A stretch of 64,000 nt of DNA from the human T2T-CHM13v2.0 reference genome, Homo sapiens, in assembly GCF_009914755.1 (NCBI RefSeq), contig NC_060933.1. The stretch is one strand, 5' to 3'. The position numbers were made by a program, and so were the translations under genes. Of this stretch, positions 57,541-64,000 are shown piece by piece (position 1 is the stretch's first letter; every line of letters starts with the position of its first letter). Below the pieces are notes generated by a model that was not told the DNA's origin, ran no database searches, and was given only the letters and a program-made list of their open reading frames with translations.

Positions 57541-60500
57541 TACATTCGGATTGATTCTATTCAACTCCCTTACTCTCCATTACATTCCATTCCATTCGGG
57601 TTGTTCCATTCCATTCCATTCCATTCCACTCCATTCCATTCCATTACACTCGGGTTGATTCCATTCCATTCCATTCCTTTCCATTCCATTCCATTCCATT
57701 CCGGAAGATTCCATTCCATTGCATTCCATTCCATTCCATTCCCCTGCACTCGCGTTGATTCCATTCCATTCCATTCCATTCCATTCCATTCCATTCCATT
57801 CCTTTCCGTTCCACTCCATTCCATTCCATTCCAATCCATTCCATTCCGTTCTGTTCCGTTCCATTCCATTCCATTCCATTCTATTCGGGTTAATTCCATT
57901 CCATTCCGTTCGATTGCAATCGAGTTCATTCCATTCCATTCCATTCCATTCCATTCCTTTCCATTCCATTACGGATGATTCCATTCCATTGCATTCCATT
58001 CCATTCCATTCCCCTGTACTCGGGTTGATTCCATTCCATTCCATTCCAATCCATGCCATTCCACTCGTGTTGATTCCATTCTTTCCATTCCATTCAAGTT
58101 GAATCCATTCCATTGCATTCCATTCCATTCCATTCCCCTGCAGTCGGGTTGTTTCCATTCCATTCCATTCCATTCCATTCCATTCCATTCCATTCCGTTC
58201 CGTTCCATTCCATTCCATTCTATTCTGGTTAATTCCATTCCATTCCATTACATTCCATTCCAATCGAGTTGATTCCATTCCATTCCATGCCATTCCATTC
58301 CACTCCATTCCAGTCCTTTCCATTCCGTTCCACTCGGGTTGATTCCAATGTATTCCTTTCCATTCCATTCCATTCCATTGCAATCGAGTTGATTCCATTG
58401 CTTTGCATTCCATTCCATTCCATTCCATTCCGGATGATTCCATTCCATTGCATTCCATTCCATTCCATTCCCCTGCACTCGGGTTGACTCCATTCCATTC
58501 ACCTCCATTCCGTTCCATTCCATTCCATTGCATTGTATTCGGGTTAATTCCATTCCATTCCATTCCATTCCATTCCATTCCATTCCATTCCATTACAATC
58601 GAGTTGATTCCATTCCATTCCATTCCATTCCAGTCCTTTCCATTCCATTCCACTCGGGTTGATTCCATTCTATTAGTTTCCATTCCATTCCATTCCCTTC
58701 CATTCCACTCTGGTTGATTCCATTCCTTTCCATTCCACTCGAATACATTCCCTCCTATTCCACTCGGAACGATTCCATTCCATTCCATTCCATTCCATTC
58801 CATTCCATTCCATTTCGTTCCATTCCATTCTATTCCGTACCATTCCATTCCATTCCATTCCATTCCATTCCATTCCATTCCATTCCATTGTACTCGGGTT
58901 GATTCTATTCCATTGCATTCCATTCCATTCCATTCCATTCCATTCCATTCCGGATGATTCCATTCCATTGCATTCCGTTCCATTACATTCCCCTGCACTC
59001 GCGTTGATTCCATTCCATTCCATTCCATTCCATTCAATTCCATTCCATTACAATTCGTTCCATTCCATTCTATTCCGTACCATTCCATTCCATTCCATTC
59101 CATTCCATTCCATTCTATTCGGATTAATTCCATTCCATTCCATTCCATTCCATTCTATTCCATTCCATTGCAATCGAGTTGAATCCATTGCATTTCATTC
59201 CATTCCATTCCATTCCATTCCATTCTATTCCGGAAGATTCCATTCCATTGCATTCCATTCCATTCCATTCCTCTGCACTCGCGTTGATTCCATTCCATTC
59301 CATTCCGTTCCGTTCCGTTCCGTTCCGTTCCATTCCATTCCATTCCATTCCATTCCATTCCGTTCCGTTCCATTCCATTCCATTCCATTCTATTCGGGTT
59401 AATTCCATTCCATTCCATTCGATTGCAATCGAGTTGATTCCATTCCATTCCATTTCATTCCATTCCATTCCATTCCATTCCATTCCTTTCCATTCCATTA
59501 CGGATGATTCCATTCCATTGCATTCCATTCCATTCCATTCCCCTGTACTCGGGTTGATTCCATTCCATTCCATTCCAATCCATGCCATTCCACTCGTGTT
59601 GATTCCATTCTTTCCATTCCATTCAAGTTGAATCCTTTCCATTGCATTCCATTCCATTCGATTCCATTCGATTGCACTCGGGTTGATTCCATTCCATTGC
59701 ATTCCATTCCATTCCATTCCATTCCATTCCATTCCGTTCCGTTCCATTCCATTACATTCGGATTGATTCTATTCAATTCCCTTACACTCCATTACATTCC
59801 ATTCCATTCGGGTAGTTTCCATTCCATTCCATTCCATTCCTCTCCATTCCATTGCACTCGGGTTGATTCCATTCCATTGCATTCCATTCCATTCCATTCA
59901 ATTCCATTCCGTTCCATTCCATTCCATTACATTCGGATTGATTCTATTCAACTCCCTTACTCTCCATTCCATTCCATTCCATTCGGGTTGTTCCATTCCA
60001 TTCCATTCCATTCCACTCCATTCCATTGCACTCGGGTTGATTCCATTCCATTCCATTCCATTCCGGAAGATTCCATTCCATTGCATTCCATTCCATTCCA
60101 TTCCCCTGCACTCGCGTTGATTCCATTCCATTCCATTCTATTCCATTCCATTCCCTTCCTTTCCGTTCCATTCCATTCCATTCCATTCCATTCCATTCCA
60201 TTCCGTTCCGTTCCATTCCATTCCATTCCATTCTATTCGGGTTAATTCCATTCCATTCCATTCAATTGCAATCGAGTTGATTCCATTCCATTCCATTCCA
60301 TTCCATTCCATTCAATTCGATTCCGTTCCATTCCATTCCATTACATTCGGATTGATTCTATTCAACTCCCTTACTCTCCATTACATTCCATTCCATTCGG
60401 GTTGTTCCATTCCATTCCATTCCATTCCACTCCATTCCATTCCATTACACTCGGGTTGATTCCATTCCATTCCATTCCTTTCCATTCCATTCCATTCCAT

Positions 60501-63500
60501 TCCGGAAGATTCCATTCCATTGCATTCCATTCCATTCCATTCCCCTGCACTCGCGTTGATTCCATTCCATTCCATTCCATTCCATTCCATTCCATTACAT
60601 TCCTTTCCGTTCCACTCCATTCCATTCCATTCCAATCCATTCCATTCCGTTCTGTTCCGTTCCATTCCATTCCATTCCATTCTATTCGGGTTAATTCCAT
60701 TCCATTCCGTTCGATTGCAATCGAGTTCATTCCATTCCATTCCATTCCATTCCATTCCTTTCCATTCCATTACGGATGATTCCATTCCATTGCATTCCAT
60801 TCCATTCCATTCCAGTCCTTTCCATTCTATTCCACTCGGGTTGATTCCATTCTATTAGTTTCCATTCCATTCCATTCCCTTCCATTCCACTCTGGTTGAT
60901 TCCATTCCTTTCCATTCCACTCGAATACATTCCCTCCTATTCCACTCGGAACGATTCCATTCCATTCCATTCCATTCCATTCCATTCCATTCCATTTCGT
61001 TCCATTCCATTCTATTCCGTACCATTCCATTCCATTCCATTCCATTCCATTCCATTCCATTCCATTCCATTCCATTGTACTCGGGTTGATTCTATTCCAT
61101 TGCATTCCATTCCATTCCATTCCATTCCATTCCATTCCATTCCGGATGATTCCATTCCATTGCATTCCGTTCCATTACATTCCCCTGCACTCGCGTTGAT
61201 TCCATTCCATTCCATTCCATTCCATTCAATTCCATTCCATTACAATTCGTTCCATTCCATTCTATTCCGTACCATTCCATTCCATTCCATTCCATTCCAT
61301 TCCATTCTATTCGGATTAATTCCATTCCATTCCATTCCATTCCATTCTATTCCATTCCATTGCAATCGAGTTGAATCCATTGCATTTCATTCCATTCCAT
61401 TCCATTCCATTCCATTCTATTCCGGAAGATTCCATTCCATTGCATTCCATTCCATTCCATTCCTCTGCACTCGCGTTGATTCCATTCCATTCCATTCCGT
61501 TCCGTTCCGTTCCGTTCCGTTCCATTCCATTCCATTCCATTCCATTCCATTCCGTTCCGTTCCATTCCATTCCATTCCATTCTATTCGGGTTAATTCCAT
61601 TCCATTCCATTCGATTGCAATCGAGTTGATTCCATTCCATTCCATTTCATTCCATTCCATTCCATTCCATTCCATTCCTTTCCATTCCATTACGGATGAT
61701 TCCATTCCATTGCATTCCATTCCATTCCATTCCCCTGTACTCGGGTTGATTCCATTCCATTCCATTCCAATCCATGACATTCCACTCGTGTTGATTCCAT
61801 TCTTTCCATTCCATTCAAGTTGAATCCTTTCCATTGCATTCCATTCCATTCGATTCCATTCGATTGCACTCGGGTTGATTCCATTCCATTGCATTCCATT
61901 CCATTCCATTCCATTCCATTCCATTCCGTTCCGTTCCATTCCATTACATTCGGATTGATTCTATTCAATTCCCTTACACTCCATTACATTCCATTCCATT
62001 CGGGTAGTTTCCATTCCATTCCATTCCATTCCTCTCCATTCCATTGCACTCGGGTTGATTCCATTCCATTGCATTCCATTCCATTCCATTCAATTCCATT
62101 CCGTTCCATTCCATTCCATTACATTCGGATTGATTCTATTCAACTCCCTTACTCTCCATTCCATTCCATTCCTTTCGGGTTGTTCCATTCCATTCCATTC
62201 CATTCCACTCCATTCCATTGCACTCGGGTTGATTCCATTCCATTCCATTCCATTCCGGAAGATTCCATTCCATTGCATTCCATTCCATTCCATTCCCCTG
62301 CACTCGCGTTGATTCCATTCCATTCCATTCTATTCCATTCCATTCCCTTCCTTTCCGTTCCATTCCATTCCATTCCATTCCATTCCATTCCATTCCGTTC
62401 CGTTCCATTCCATTCCATTCCATTCTATTCGGGTTAATTCCATTCCATTCCATTCAATTGCAATCGAGTTGATTCCATTCCATTCCATTCCATTCCATTC
62501 CATTCAATTCGATTCCGTTCCATTCCATTCCATTACATTCGGATTGATTCTATTCAACTCCCTTACTCTCCATTACATTCCATTCCATTCGGGTTGTTCC
62601 ATTCCATTCCATTCCATTCCACTCCATTCCATTCCATTACACTCGGGTTGATTCCATTCCATTCCATTCCTTTCCATTCCATTCCATTCCATTCCGGAAG
62701 ATTCCATTCCATTGCATTCCATTCCATTCCATTCCCCTGCACTCGCGTTGATTCCATTCCATTCCATTCCATTCCATTCCATTCCATTACATTCCTTTCC
62801 GTTCCACTCCATTCCATTCCATTCCAATCCATTCCATTCCGTTCTGTTCCGTTCCATTCCATTCCATTCCATTCTATTCGGGTTAATTCCATTCCATTCC
62901 GTTCGATTGCAATCGAGTTCATTCCATTCCATTCCATTCCATTCCATTCCTTTCCATTCCATTACGGATGATTCCATTCCATTGCATTCCATTCCATTCC
63001 ATTCCCCTGTACTCGGGTTGATTCCATTCCATTCCATTCCAATCCATGCCATTCCACTCGTGTTGATTCCATTCTTTCCATTCCATTCAAGTTGAATCCA
63101 TTCCATTGCATTCCATTCCATTCCATTCCCCTGCAGTCGGGTTGTTTCCATTCCATTCCATTCCATTCCATTCCATTCCATTCCATTCCGTTCCGTTCCA
63201 TTCCATTCCATTCCATTCTATTCTGGTTAATTCCATTCCATTCCATTACATTCCATTCCAATCGAGTTGATTCCATTCCATTCCATGCCATTCCATTCCA
63301 CTCCATTCCCGTCCTTTCCATTCCGTTCCACTCGGGTTGATTCCAATGTATTCCTTTCCATTCCATTCCATTCCATTGCAATCGAGTTGATTCCATTGCT
63401 TTGCATTCCATTCCATTCCATTCCATTCCGGATGATTCCATTCCATTGCATTCCATTCCATTCCATTCCCCTGCACTCGGGTTGACTCCATTCCATTCAC

Positions 63501-64000
63501 CTCCATTCCGTTCCATTCCATTCCATTGCATTGTATTCGGGTTAATTCCATTCCATTCCATTCCATTCCATTCCATTCCATTCCATTCCATTCCATTACA
63601 ATCGAGTTGATTCCATTCCATTCCATTCCATTCCAGTCCTTTCCATTCCATTCCACTCGGGTTGATTCCATTCTATTAGTTTCCATTCCATTCCATTCCC
63701 TTCCATTCCACTCTGGTTGATTCCATTCCTTTCCATTCCACTCGAATACATTCCCTCCTATTCCACTCGGAACGATTCCATTCCATTCCATTCCATTCCA
63801 TTCCATTCCATTCCATTTCGTTCCATTCCATTCTATTCCGTACCATTCCATTCCATTCCATTCCATTCCATTCCATTCCATTCCATTCCATTGTACTCGG
63901 GTTGATTCTATTCCATTGCATTCCATTCCATTCCATTCCATTCCATTCCATTCCGGATGATTCCATTCCATTGCATTCCGTTCCATTACATTCCCCTGCA
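57541..64000 (+). repeat. Local higher-order repeat: 2801-bp unit, 2192-bp deleted unit, then a partial full-type unit running off the window
   Basis: Unit starts at 57541, 60342 and 62534. Offset 2192 holds for ORFs 59124/61316, 59628/61820 and 60277/62469; offsets 4993-5003 hold for 57570/62563, 58269/63267 and 58714/63717. Confidence 0.9.

Larger units (their letters stand above)
1..64000 (+). repeat. Human Satellite III (HSat3) tandem array, (CATTC)n C-rich strand on +
   Basis: Continuous CATTC pentamers across the window, interspersed with ACTCGGGTTG/ACTCGCGTTG/AATCGAGTTG (the CAACCCGAGT-type motif classically described for satellite III), with abundant HinfI (GANTC) and TaqI (TCGA) sites. 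There is no strand switch and no non-satellite insert. The subfamily and chromosome cannot be fixed by eye. Confidence 0.97.

Noticed and set aside
57580-59148. 522-aa ORF and all other ORFs in the track (MEWNG/IPFHS repeats)
   Set aside because: The pentamer has no stop codon in any frame and supplies ATG on the minus strand, so long overlapping ORFs arise in all six frames. There is no domain, codon or splice evidence.
1-64000. CRISPR-like repeat/spacer array
   Set aside because: The recurrent motifs are separated by the same CATTC repeat rather than unique spacers, and there are no cas genes or leader.
1-64000. Chromosome 15 D15Z1 1.8-kb KpnI repeat, or a firm chromosome 9 assignment
   Set aside because: I saw no GGTACC sites or 1.8-kb period. 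Chromosome 9q12 is plausible but needs alignment to a T2T assembly, which I cannot run.
1-64000. Alpha satellite/CENP-B boxes, telomeric repeats, Alu/L1 insertions or large inversions
   Set aside because: I saw no 171-bp monomers, TTAGGG runs, poly-A tails, unique sequence or (GGAAT)n runs on the + strand.

Overview
The whole 64-kb window is one uninterrupted array of (CATTC)n/(GGAAT)n simple satellite in a single orientation. It is punctuated every few dozen bases by ACTCGGGTTG (reverse complement CAACCCGAGT) and related motifs. This is the signature of human (great-ape) classical Satellite III (HSat3), i.e. pericentromeric or acrocentric heterochromatin. I see no genes, RNA genes, transposons or unique sequence; every ORF in the track is the translation of the pentamer (MEWNG.../IPFHS...). 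The informative signal lies in the variants. (i) A limited vocabulary of diverged cassettes recurs in a semi-conserved order with no fixed period. (ii) A distinct sub-domain built of ~1-kb units occurs at ~4.3-11.3 kb, ~50.9-51.8 kb and ~53.9-56.8 kb. (iii) There are nested recent duplications (100, 244, 260, 634, 784, ~2380 and 2801/2192 bp tandem; 3467, 4388, ~6830, ~9170, ~9530 and ~46600-49600 bp dispersed). (iv) The pentamer register slips almost only by 1-bp deletions at fixed motifs. (v) About 40 single 'inverted' pentamers create perfect three-unit heat-shock elements (ATTCC-GGAAG-ATTCC) that are unevenly distributed. Coordinates and counts were read by eye or taken from ORF-track offsets; duplication boundaries are approximate. 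I found no protein-coding or otherwise new biological system.
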